Shown here: positions 7,822 through 15,427 of the stretch, piece by piece | Numbering within the stretch: the first letter of the stretch is position 1 | Layout: every line of letters starts with the position of its first letter | IMG/VR virus record: IMGVR_UViG_3300022935_000005 | Span: 1 to 64,000 of that record | Direction: 5' to 3' (one strand) | Length of the DNA: 64,000 nucleotides | Made by a program: the position numbers and the translations under genes | The notes under the pieces: model-generated | Seen by the model: only the letters and a program-made list of their open reading frames with translations | The model's database searches: none | What the model was told of the DNA's origin: nothing

Positions 7822-8129
7822 TGAAGTTTAAGAAGGCAAATGAACGAGTGGAATGTGCTGATGGATTCTCCATGAGTGTACAGGCAAGTGAACGCAGCTA
7901 CTGTACTCCACGTGACGACCAGGGACCCTATACTGCGGTAGAGGTAGGTTTCCCCTCCTCATATGATTACTACCTCCACGAATACGCTGAGACCCCGGAG
8001 GATCCAACGGGGACAGTATACGGTTGGGTACCAGCTGATACAGTTATGATGTGTATTGAAGCACATGGCGGCATGATCAGTGGAGAGCTTCCGCCGCTAG
8101 TAAAAACAGATTTTGAGAGCATCACATGA
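7821..8129 (+). CDS. Conserved phage hypothetical protein
   Basis: GGAGG SD; CADGFSMSVQAS...VEVGFPS...VYGWVP. Confidence 0.8.
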   Translation: MKFKKANERVECADGFSMSVQASERSYCTPRDDQGPYTAVEVGFPSSYDYYLHEYAETPEDPTGTVYGWVPADTVMMCIEAHGGMISGELPPLVKTDFESIT

Positions 8130-8470
8130 AAGTAGACGAAGAAAAAGTAGACATTGCCAGAATGTTCTGGATAGAGGACTGGGACAAGATGTCTGCCTTT
8201 GATACAGATATAGAGAACGTAGAGTGGCACGTCACAAACTGCATGACGTATCTCATCCAGCTCAGCGAAGAAGTGGTACCTCTATACAAGCCTCCGCCGA
8301 ACATAGAGCTAGAGGGAGACTGGAACGAGAGAGAGATGCTGACTCTATATAGAGACCTGCTTGAAGCGGCAGAGCGTCGGGGGTACGAACCAGATGCCGG
8401 GATGATCACCCGGATTCGGAAAGCTCTACCCCCGAAGCGTGTCCGGGTCCGGAGAGTTGTTCGGCCTTGA
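8126..8470 (+). CDS. Hypothetical protein
   Basis: ATGA overlap with upstream gene. Confidence 0.7.
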   Translation: MKVDEEKVDIARMFWIEDWDKMSAFDTDIENVEWHVTNCMTYLIQLSEEVVPLYKPPPNIELEGDWNEREMLTLYRDLLEAAERRGYEPDAGMITRIRKALPPKRVRVRRVVRP

Positions 8471-8475
8471 GTTCC

Positions 8476-8750
8476 TGTATAGAGGGGGGCTGGTAAACAG
8501 GCCTGGTAAAATGTACAGAGGGGCCCCACTCCGAGCGAGAAAAAGTGGCCCAGATGGCCCCATCGGGGGCCCCTGAAAACAGGCCCCTTTTGGCCCCTTC
8601 TGGTGGCCCCCTGGAGCCTACTCAGTGGGCCTTTCTGGAGGGCATATGCCTAAGCGCGGTAAAAAATTTTTTCGGAGCGATTTTGAAAACCAAAAGCCCA
8701 AAATCCCAAAAAAAATTCTCGGGAAATTTTGAAAACGAAAAGGGTACCCC
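8476..8750. repeat. Non-coding GGCCC repeat cluster followed by A/T tracts
   Basis: GGCCC at 8522, 8547, 8556, 8568, 8582, 8592, 8605; then AAAAAATTTTTT and repeated A-tracts. Confidence 0.7.
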
Positions 8751-8796
8751 AAGAGAGAGACTCAACGCGGTACTAAAGAAAACGAAAGAAGAGCAC

Positions 8797-9036
8797 ATGA
8801 ACAATCTCCACATCATTGCCAACTATCTATTCGATAACCCAGGAGCGCGGTACACGGATGTCACAAAGCACTTGTGCCAGGAGCGCGGAAAGGTATGGAG
8901 CAAAGGGCACTATACTCGGTACTTCACCAACCCGATCTACAGCTCAGGTCGCCGGTACGCTCACCACCTCTGGTGCAAGACCCCATGCGGTGGATGGATG
9001 TTGACATTGGAAGGATATGGATATGTCCGCAAGTAA
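8797..9036 (+). CDS. Hypothetical protein (possible winged helix)
   Basis: MNNLHIIANYLFDNPGARYTDV; ORF-track extension to 8545 spans the repeat DNA and is probably spurious. Confidence 0.7.
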   Translation: MNNLHIIANYLFDNPGARYTDVTKHLCQERGKVWSKGHYTRYFTNPIYSSGRRYAHHLWCKTPCGGWMLTLEGYGYVRK

Positions 9037-9298
9037 GCTCATAGAGGTCGGAGATCTGGTCCGGTGGGGCTGGCCCCGCTTCCACAGCGATTCTCGCGTG
9101 GGAATCGTGACGCGAGTAGATATCAAACCTCGAGGCGCCGGATTCAGAGTGCCCAACCCGCGAGTCCGCTATGTTGTGCAGTGGTTCTACCCAGATGGAC
9201 AACCCAGCATCACTCAAGAGCACGTCTTCAACAATGAGATAACACGAGTCACAGAGGATCGAAATCCATGGCAAGACAAAACAGAGACTTCAAAGTAG
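9017..9298 (+). CDS. Small SH3/KOW-like protein
   Basis: IEVGDLVRW...GIVTRV...YVVQWF. Confidence 0.8.
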   Translation: MDMSASKLIEVGDLVRWGWPRFHSDSRVGIVTRVDIKPRGAGFRVPNPRVRYVVQWFYPDGQPSITQEHVFNNEITRVTEDRNPWQDKTETSK

Positions 9299-9534
9299 GA
9301 GACATTGTCCAGTGGGCTCCACCGATCGGCGGCGCCAACTCCGGTCACGTCTTTAGAGATGCAGTGGGTCTTATTGTAGGTGTCAAGTACCCAGACCCCG
9401 ACTCACAGCGTAACGAATGGGCAGACCCTCACATGTGGTACACAGTCCAGTGGTTCAGAGACGGCATTGCATCGGGTCGACCAGATCACATCGTTGAACA
9501 CCACATTCAGAGAGTTCGAGATGACGCACCATAG
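9268..9534 (+). CDS. Small SH3/KOW-like protein
   Basis: FKVGDIVQW...GLIVGV...YTVQWF. Confidence 0.8.
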   Translation: MARQNRDFKVGDIVQWAPPIGGANSGHVFRDAVGLIVGVKYPDPDSQRNEWADPHMWYTVQWFRDGIASGRPDHIVEHHIQRVRDDAP

Positions 9535-9817
9535 CAAGCTCAGCATCGGCGCGGGAGACACAGTGGTCCGGGTTCATGAGCAGGAAGACACCGATCCCTA
9601 CCCAGGACTCGTTATCAGGCGGGTAGAACCTCGTGAACTCTTGAGTATGGTGTTTGGAGAGGGAGATGACTTCGAAATGGGGGAAGCTCTATGGATGCGA
9701 GATGCAGCATCTGGTCTAGAGGAGTATTCGGGTGAATGGGTCCGCTATGAAGTCCTTTGGCCGGATGGTCGGTTCTCGATCGAATCGATCGCCCAAATCA
9801 GGAAGGCATATTCGTGA
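9521..9817 (+). CDS. Small SH3/KOW-like protein
   Basis: IGAGDTVVRV...GLVIRR...YEVLWPDG. Confidence 0.75.
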   Translation: MTHHSKLSIGAGDTVVRVHEQEDTDPYPGLVIRRVEPRELLSMVFGEGDDFEMGEALWMRDAASGLEEYSGEWVRYEVLWPDGRFSIESIAQIRKAYS

Positions 9818-10017
9818 TCGGTGTGGGAGACATTGTCTGCGTTGACGGAGATCTACTGGGTACAGCAATGGGACTCGGTCTTGTTACCCGGGTTTGTGAG
9901 TCTCGCTTTTCTAATTCATGTACTCGGTTTGTAGACGTCCTCTGGGCCTCGGGTGATATGTTCAAGGATGTTGATATGAACGTGCTGTTGCTTGTGCATT
10001 CTGCCGGCAGCCCGTGA
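9814..10017 (+). CDS. Small SH3/KOW-like protein
   Basis: GTGA overlap; IGVGDIVCV...GLVTRV...VDVLWASG. Confidence 0.75.
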   Translation: MIGVGDIVCVDGDLLGTAMGLGLVTRVCESRFSNSCTRFVDVLWASGDMFKDVDMNVLLLVHSAGSP

Positions 10018-10039
10018 CCTGCTAGTATACTTAAATGTT

Positions 10040-10276
10040 ATGGACACCGACTCACGCTATTCTGATGTTATCATTGGCTCACTTGTTGACCATCCGGTCT
10101 ACGGCCCGGGGCTGATCACTGCTGTCACGACCGAACCCGCATTTGCGACGCGCCAAAGCACGCATCGTCCCGATTACATCATTGTCTGTAGCGTCCTATG
10201 GAACACGGGTGAGTTGCAAACTGGCTGGCCCGCCAACCGGCTCGTCGATTACCTTGTGTTAACGTCGATTATCTAG
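10040..10276 (+). CDS. Small SH3/Tudor-like protein
   Basis: IGSLVDHPVYGPGLITAV...SVLWNTG; TATACTTA 6 nt upstream of ATG. Confidence 0.75.
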   Translation: MDTDSRYSDVIIGSLVDHPVYGPGLITAVTTEPAFATRQSTHRPDYIIVCSVLWNTGELQTGWPANRLVDYLVLTSII

Positions 10277-10293
10277 AGCGTATACTTAACGAT

Positions 10294-10575
10294 ATGGCAA
10301 AGGAAACTGTATTCTCCCCGCGCGGTGCTCTGCACCGGAACCTTGTTGGGTGCATCATCGTTCATCCGCACTTGGGTCACGGGCTCGTCACGAGCACGGA
10401 TCGCTACTGGACTGAAGTCCGGCAACAGCGACGTCAAGTCTGGACTGTTCTCTGGTCTGAGACCGGTACCGCTGAAGATGTTGACGAACGCATCATGCAA
10501 CACTGCATGATCATTGACGACGGAGACGGCGCTAAAGAGTGGGGTTCATGGGCCGAGGTTGTAGGTCACAAGTGA
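10294..10575 (+). CDS. Small SH3/Tudor-like protein
   Basis: VGCIIVHPHLGHGLVTS...WTVLWSETG; TATACTTA 5 nt upstream of ATG. Confidence 0.75.
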   Translation: MAKETVFSPRGALHRNLVGCIIVHPHLGHGLVTSTDRYWTEVRQQRRQVWTVLWSETGTAEDVDERIMQHCMIIDDGDGAKEWGSWAEVVGHK

Positions 10576-10611
10576 CCCTCTGAGACCCGCGGTCTCGAGA
10601 CATGATTGAGT

Positions 10612-10890
10612 CTAAGGTCGGCGAGTCCCGGGACGACTGGAGATGACTCTGAAGCGTGCCTTGGCACGGAGCTTCTCACCTGTTCGCGGGTGAGTCAAGT
10701 CAATTTCTCCCTTGAGTTCCGAGTCTCTATCTGGATCTGACATCATGATTCTGGATATCTGCGCCTGTATTTCACTCATTTGCTTTTTGAGCGCCTTGTC
10801 AATTGTGATGACGCTCCGCACTACGAAGGCAAGTCCCCCGGTGATCATGATGGCAATAGCATAGACCGTTAATTCAAAACCCATATCCAT
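10612..10890 (-). CDS. Membrane-anchored coiled-coil hypothetical protein (92 aa)
   Basis: AAAGGA SD before MDMGFELTVYAIAIM; N-terminal TM helix. Confidence 0.7.
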   Translation of the reverse strand: MDMGFELTVYAIAIMITGGLAFVVRSVITIDKALKKQMSEIQAQISRIMMSDPDRDSELKGEIDLTHPRTGEKLRAKARFRVISSRPGTRRP

Positions 10891-11360
10891 AGGGTATCCT
10901 TTCACAACCGATCTACCTTTAAGTATGGTGACTGGATGTATTGTGATTTCTCTTGGAGTGCGATCCGAGCAAGAAGGCACGCCTTCGGCGCGAGGATGCA
11001 CCCATGAAACGCAAAAAGTGGGTGTGCCGAAAACGCGTCCCGCGTTATTCACTGTTTCCAAAAAAACGCGTGTGTCCGGCGCCGACGCGCCGATAAATGA
11101 GAAAACCCACTTCACTCTCCGGCGGTGCCATTGTATGAGGGTGGGAAAGGTAACAACGTGGGTTTGACTATTATAATAGAGCTGTAATCGTTGAGGAGGA
11201 GGCGGATGGGTCGTGTTGGAGCGAATCAAGAAGATCAACAAGACGTTCGCTGTAATATCTATAATAGTTGCTGTCTGGTTGCACATGTACGTAAAATCAA
11301 TCAAGCAACAGAGCGATGATGCTGTATATTTAGAAAAACAACCAGGATGGAGAAATCAAA

Positions 11361-11726
11361 ATGTCCAACAAAATCAATGCAACCCAGTTGAGAAATCTGA
11401 TCATGGAAGTGCTAAATGAAGAAGCACACGAAGAAGGCGAGCACAATGAGCTAGACGAGATGGACGCTGCCATGCCCATGCCAAAGGGCGATGCTGAGCG
11501 ACTACCTGTCGGCACTCGTGTTACGCACCCTGAATGGGGCGCCGGTGAAGTCGTCGGTCATGGAGACCATGAGTTCGATCACCTTGTTCGATGGGACAAG
11601 CTTCCTAACCGCGATCGTCTTGCTCACAGATTCCAGCTTATTCCTGAGAGCGTTGGTAATGATGATTTGAATGAGTCAGCTGACCTTGCACGTTGGCGTA
11701 AGCTAGCAGGCATTCTAGTAGATTGA
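11361..11726 (+). CDS. Leader-motif protein with Tudor-like domain
   Basis: KINATQLRNLIMEVLNE; LPVGTRVTHPEWGAGEVVG; C-terminal LARWRKLAGI. Confidence 0.85.
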   Translation: MSNKINATQLRNLIMEVLNEEAHEEGEHNELDEMDAAMPMPKGDAERLPVGTRVTHPEWGAGEVVGHGDHEFDHLVRWDKLPNRDRLAHRFQLIPESVGNDDLNESADLARWRKLAGILVD

Positions 11727-11977
11727 TGGTCTCGTCTTTCTATTGCGTCTGGTACAAAGATGCCAGTGTCAATAAGGAGACGTGCGTCGGAGCATGCTCT
11801 ACTTGGGATGAGGCAAGAAGTCTCGCTGGGCGCCTCTACACGGTAAAGAAAAAGATAGACGATTCAGAAAATCTCTCTACTGGTATTTTTCTCTTCTCTC
11901 CCGGCGAACTTTATACAGCGCGATCTCCCAAAAGGTGGCAGATAATGCCGCTGCTGACCAGCAATACACAGCCTTAG
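11726..11977 (+). CDS. Hypothetical protein
   Basis: TGATG coupling to upstream gene. Confidence 0.65.
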   Translation: MVSSFYCVWYKDASVNKETCVGACSTWDEARSLAGRLYTVKKKIDDSENLSTGIFLFSPGELYTARSPKRWQIMPLLTSNTQP

Positions 11978-12019
11978 ATTATATTTACTATTAGTATCTA
12001 CGCACGGGAGATTTTTTAT

Positions 12020-12973
12020 ATGCGCAACTCAAGAGACAAGATTCGAAAGATCATTGCTGAACAGCTCGAGATTGAGCTTGAAAAGCTTGAAGACTTAGAG
12101 GCTACGGAAGATGCCTGGGCCGGCGGAGAAAACCTCGTCCACGACCTCGACCATTCTAAGATCACTGGTGGTGAATCGAACGTTGCGAGTCCAGAGACTC
12201 TAGAGATTATTGTCGCAGAGGTCCGGCGGCGTATCCAAGAGATGCAGGCTCATTCAAGGCCTGGAGATCTAAAACAGCCCCGGCCAGAAGAGACTGAATT
12301 TCCTGTTGTGGTTGGTTACTCCATCAACGGTCAACCCCAGTCAGAGATCGCATATGACGACGAAGAGTTAACTCAAATTTTAGATTACCTCGCGCCGTTA
12401 AGTCCTGGCGCAAAGCAGATCCCCTACAGTATAGATTCACTCAGCGATGTAGAAGCAGCTGACGTTCCTGTTGGTTCTAGAATTGAGCGCTATTCAGAGG
12501 CAAAGGATCAGAACAAGGACGGCAAGAACGATTTCGAAGATGTCAAGATTGCCAGAATGCGTGCTTCTGGTATGTCCGACGCCGAGATCAAGAAGAAACA
12601 TCCAGAGCTCTTTGAGGAAAGTGTTGTGCACAAACAACTTAGAAAGATCATCAGGGAAGCTATCATGGCAGAAAGTGGTATAGACGCAAATAAGCGAGCC
12701 GTTGAATTGTTAAATAGAGACTATGACGTTATTTCTGATGACACTAGCTACCCTTATGGTCGCTACCGCGGGGATGTTAGGCAGAAGACTGTATACGCCA
12801 GAAAAGACGGGCAGCCTGTTCCAGAAGCAGATATTAATCTTCTTAAAACCCGGGATGCTAAGGTTCGGGAAGCAGGTGGCTCAATGGCAGCTCTATCTGG
12901 AGTCTACACATCGAAAGTCTCCAGTGATGGACTCCAGATTATTGTAGATTATTATAGACACACGGCGGGGTAA
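12020..12973 (+). CDS. Modular leader-motif protein (putative internal head protein)
   Basis: DKIRKIIAEQ at N-terminus, internal KQLRKIIREA, DQNKDGKND Ca-binding-like loop. Confidence 0.85.
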   Translation: MRNSRDKIRKIIAEQLEIELEKLEDLEATEDAWAGGENLVHDLDHSKITGGESNVASPETLEIIVAEVRRRIQEMQAHSRPGDLKQPRPEETEFPVVVGYSINGQPQSEIAYDDEELTQILDYLAPLSPGAKQIPYSIDSLSDVEAADVPVGSRIERYSEAKDQNKDGKNDFEDVKIARMRASGMSDAEIKKKHPELFEESVVHKQLRKIIREAIMAESGIDANKRAVELLNRDYDVISDDTSYPYGRYRGDVRQKTVYARKDGQPVPEADINLLKTRDAKVREAGGSMAALSGVYTSKVSSDGLQIIVDYYRHTAG

Positions 12974-12975
12974 TC

Positions 12976-13395
12976 ATGAAGATCACAAGAACACAGATTA
13001 GAAATATTCTACAAGAAGCAATGGGTCAAGATGGAGTGTTTCCTGATCTAAGCCACCCTCTGATTGCTCCCTATGCTGACAAAATGCAGGGTCCTATTAA
13101 GGGCCGAGAAGGTAAGTGGTTCGTAGAATACCAGAGCTACAAGTACAATGCTGGTGGTCAAAGCGATCAAGGTATTACTGTATACCTCCTCCCTGATGGT
13201 AAATACACTGCTCGAGTTGGGGGTAACTTTAACAATACGATCTCTGGTCGTATAGGGAAGGATTTTGACGATCCAGAAAGTGCTATCGAAGCTGCCCTTA
13301 ACTCAGGCCCTTCAGCTACCGGCCCAACAGCCGCAGAGCTTCTCAAGAAGGTCGGCGAAAAAGTCTCCACTCGCGGATACATAGGACAGGATTAA
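12976..13395 (+). CDS. Leader-motif protein
   Basis: MKITRTQIRNILQEA. Confidence 0.85.
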   Translation: MKITRTQIRNILQEAMGQDGVFPDLSHPLIAPYADKMQGPIKGREGKWFVEYQSYKYNAGGQSDQGITVYLLPDGKYTARVGGNFNNTISGRIGKDFDDPESAIEAALNSGPSATGPTAAELLKKVGEKVSTRGYIGQD

Positions 13396-13398
13396 ATC

Positions 13399-13668
13399 AT
13401 GAAAATCACCAAGAGACAACTTAGAAGAATCATCAAAGAATCGTTCGACGAATTTGGTATGAGTGAGTACGGTCTTTACAACGATGCTGGATCGTCAGTA
13501 GAAGCAGAGTTTGACGCATTGCTTGACGAAGTTGCCTTGTTTATGAGTGATGCAAGAAAAAGGCTAAATGCCCTAATGGAGAAACACTCGGACGTCGGGG
13601 CTTCTGATAGTGAAGCGGTCGATTTGATAAGCGCAGCTTTTGAAGACGCAAAGTCTGGCATGCGATAG
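13399..13668 (+). CDS. Leader-motif protein, acidic
   Basis: MKITKRQLRRIIKES. Confidence 0.85.
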   Translation: MKITKRQLRRIIKESFDEFGMSEYGLYNDAGSSVEAEFDALLDEVALFMSDARKRLNALMEKHSDVGASDSEAVDLISAAFEDAKSGMR

Positions 13669-13677
13669 GGAGAAATC

Positions 13678-13980
13678 ATGAAGATCACAAAACAACAACT
13701 TAGAAGAATTATCTCAGAGCAGCTTACACTAGATGATCTTGTGGTTGGACCTGAACAGCCTCGACAACTCGGTTACGGTGAAGGTGAGGGTCGCATGTCA
13801 AAATCTCAACTTGACAAGATCGCTCGTTATTCTCAATCACTGCATGATAAACTGCTTGACGATGATGATCTACCAGAATGGGTACAATCAAAGATCGCTG
13901 TCGCTGCAGATAACATCGGTAAAGTATACCACTATCTTGATTACAAAATTAGACGTATGGAACAAGGAGATGAATCATGA
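13678..13980 (+). CDS. Leader-motif protein with helical domain
   Basis: MKITKQQLRRIISEQ; LPEWVQSKIAVA. Confidence 0.85.
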   Translation: MKITKQQLRRIISEQLTLDDLVVGPEQPRQLGYGEGEGRMSKSQLDKIARYSQSLHDKLLDDDDLPEWVQSKIAVAADNIGKVYHYLDYKIRRMEQGDES

Positions 13981-14522
13981 GACTGAAAGAATGCTGCGGT
14001 TCGTGTGGCGCTGAACTAGACAATGTTGAAGTTGATGCTCACGTAGAGCTTGATGATCTTATGATGCCGGCACCATCCGAAGTACTTGGTGCGTATGTTG
14101 GGTTCCTTAGAGCTTACCATCTTTGGATGCACGGCGCGCACAATGTAGTTAGTGGTCCGTCCTTTGCTGGTGACCATGTAGAGCTTTATGGTAAGATCTA
14201 TGAAGAGGTACAAGGCTCCGTCGACGGAGTGGTAGAGAAGGGTCTCGGAGTACTTCAGGATGAGTCTATTGCTTGCCCTATGAAGATTATGGGAGACGCT
14301 ATGCTTATTCTTGGTGAGTGGGAATCTCCTGTAGGTCTACCAGCTGAGAGGCTTGCTGCTCTCGCTCTTGAATATACTAAGGCTTTAGTCCAGATAACTG
14401 AAGGAACCGCACAAGTTCTAGAAGATATGGGAGTACTTAGCTATGGTATGGACAATATGCTCGGAGGACTGGCTGATACTCACGAGAACTATGTCTATCT
14501 TCTTCAGCAGCGTAATGGGTGA
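13977..14522 (+). CDS. Dps/ferritin-like protein
   Basis: HGAHNVVSGPSFAGDHVELYGKIYEE resembles the Dps HWNVxGxxF.xLH signature; four-helix pattern. Confidence 0.75.
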   Translation: MRLKECCGSCGAELDNVEVDAHVELDDLMMPAPSEVLGAYVGFLRAYHLWMHGAHNVVSGPSFAGDHVELYGKIYEEVQGSVDGVVEKGLGVLQDESIACPMKIMGDAMLILGEWESPVGLPAERLAALALEYTKALVQITEGTAQVLEDMGVLSYGMDNMLGGLADTHENYVYLLQQRNG

Positions 14523-14573
14523 ACAATATCTTACTACTCGTTAGAATTATATCTAAATGAGGAGTGAGTTGAT

Positions 14574-14837
14574 ATGAGAGACATCGCGAGCATTTTGGGA
14601 GCAAAGGAGGTTACCTTGACCCCATTTGAGGAAGCAGATTATAATCTTCTCATGTTCGCCGAGCATGCTGTTTTTCATTCGCAGCTTCGTAGATTGCTTG
14701 ATAGAATCAAGGTTGTTGATACTCAACTAGAGCACTCTAAAGAAAGCGACCCTCGACTTATTGCAGAAAAAGAGTTACTAAACATGACTCTGATCACGTT
14801 TTTAGATTCATATGATGTGTTTGTATATGAGGCCTGA
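14574..14837 (+). CDS. Hypothetical protein
   Basis: GAGGAG SD; TGAACA-N16-TAGAAT upstream (14520-14547). Confidence 0.75.
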   Translation: MRDIASILGAKEVTLTPFEEADYNLLMFAEHAVFHSQLRRLLDRIKVVDTQLEHSKESDPRLIAEKELLNMTLITFLDSYDVFVYEA

Positions 14838-15115
14838 TGACACATATACCTGATACCCACTATGATAGTGTTGTTGTTACCGTGAAGGGATGGGATGGCT
14901 CAAGAATTATTGGGGCATTTGCTAATTTAGACTGCGCAAAAACTGCTATTAAGAGTTATTACGAGAACACATGTGATACAGGAAGCTTTAAGGAAGAAGT
15001 AATTATTGACTTTCTTAAGCTGAACAAGGTAAGTAAGGTAATGACCGTACAGTTTGCGCGGGATAGTGATCTTCCTTATGAAGACTTGACTCTTCGCTAC
15101 CATGATTATGTTTAA
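14837..15115 (+). CDS. Hypothetical protein
   Basis: TGATG coupling. Confidence 0.7.
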   Translation: MTHIPDTHYDSVVVTVKGWDGSRIIGAFANLDCAKTAIKSYYENTCDTGSFKEEVIIDFLKLNKVSKVMTVQFARDSDLPYEDLTLRYHDYV

Positions 15116-15136
15116 AGTAGCGTAATAATTAAAGTC

Positions 15137-15427
15137 ATGGCCAAAGTAAATGAAAATGGGATAGGAAGCAACTATAAGACTCTTGACCCAAACCCTATAA
15201 CTCACTTTAACGATCCAAGAATCAGTGTTGAGATTTATCCCGGGGCTTGGGGAGATGTGCACGCAAACGTTTCGTGTAAAGAGTTGAGTTATGACTCAGG
15301 CCTTAAGACATTTAAGACCGACCAAGAGGCAAGAACGTTTGCTCTAAACCTACACGATCAGCTTGTTACCAAACTTGATTCGTTAATAGAAAACGTTATG
15401 TTAAGAATCATCAGGGAGATGAGCTAA
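15137..15427 (+). CDS. Hypothetical protein with C-terminal LRIIRE motif
   Basis: ORF; ends LIENVMLRIIREMS. Confidence 0.7.
   Translation: MAKVNENGIGSNYKTLDPNPITHFNDPRISVEIYPGAWGDVHANVSCKELSYDSGLKTFKTDQEARTFALNLHDQLVTKLDSLIENVMLRIIREMS

Noticed and set aside
8545-8796. N-terminal extension of ORF 8545-9036
   Set aside because: It translates the low-complexity repeat and A-tract DNA; a better start exists at 8797.
11206-11419. Small ORF after the TATAAT at 11172 (either 37 aa from 11206 or 68 aa from 11213)
   Set aside because: Two competing frames; cannot decide which, if either, is real.
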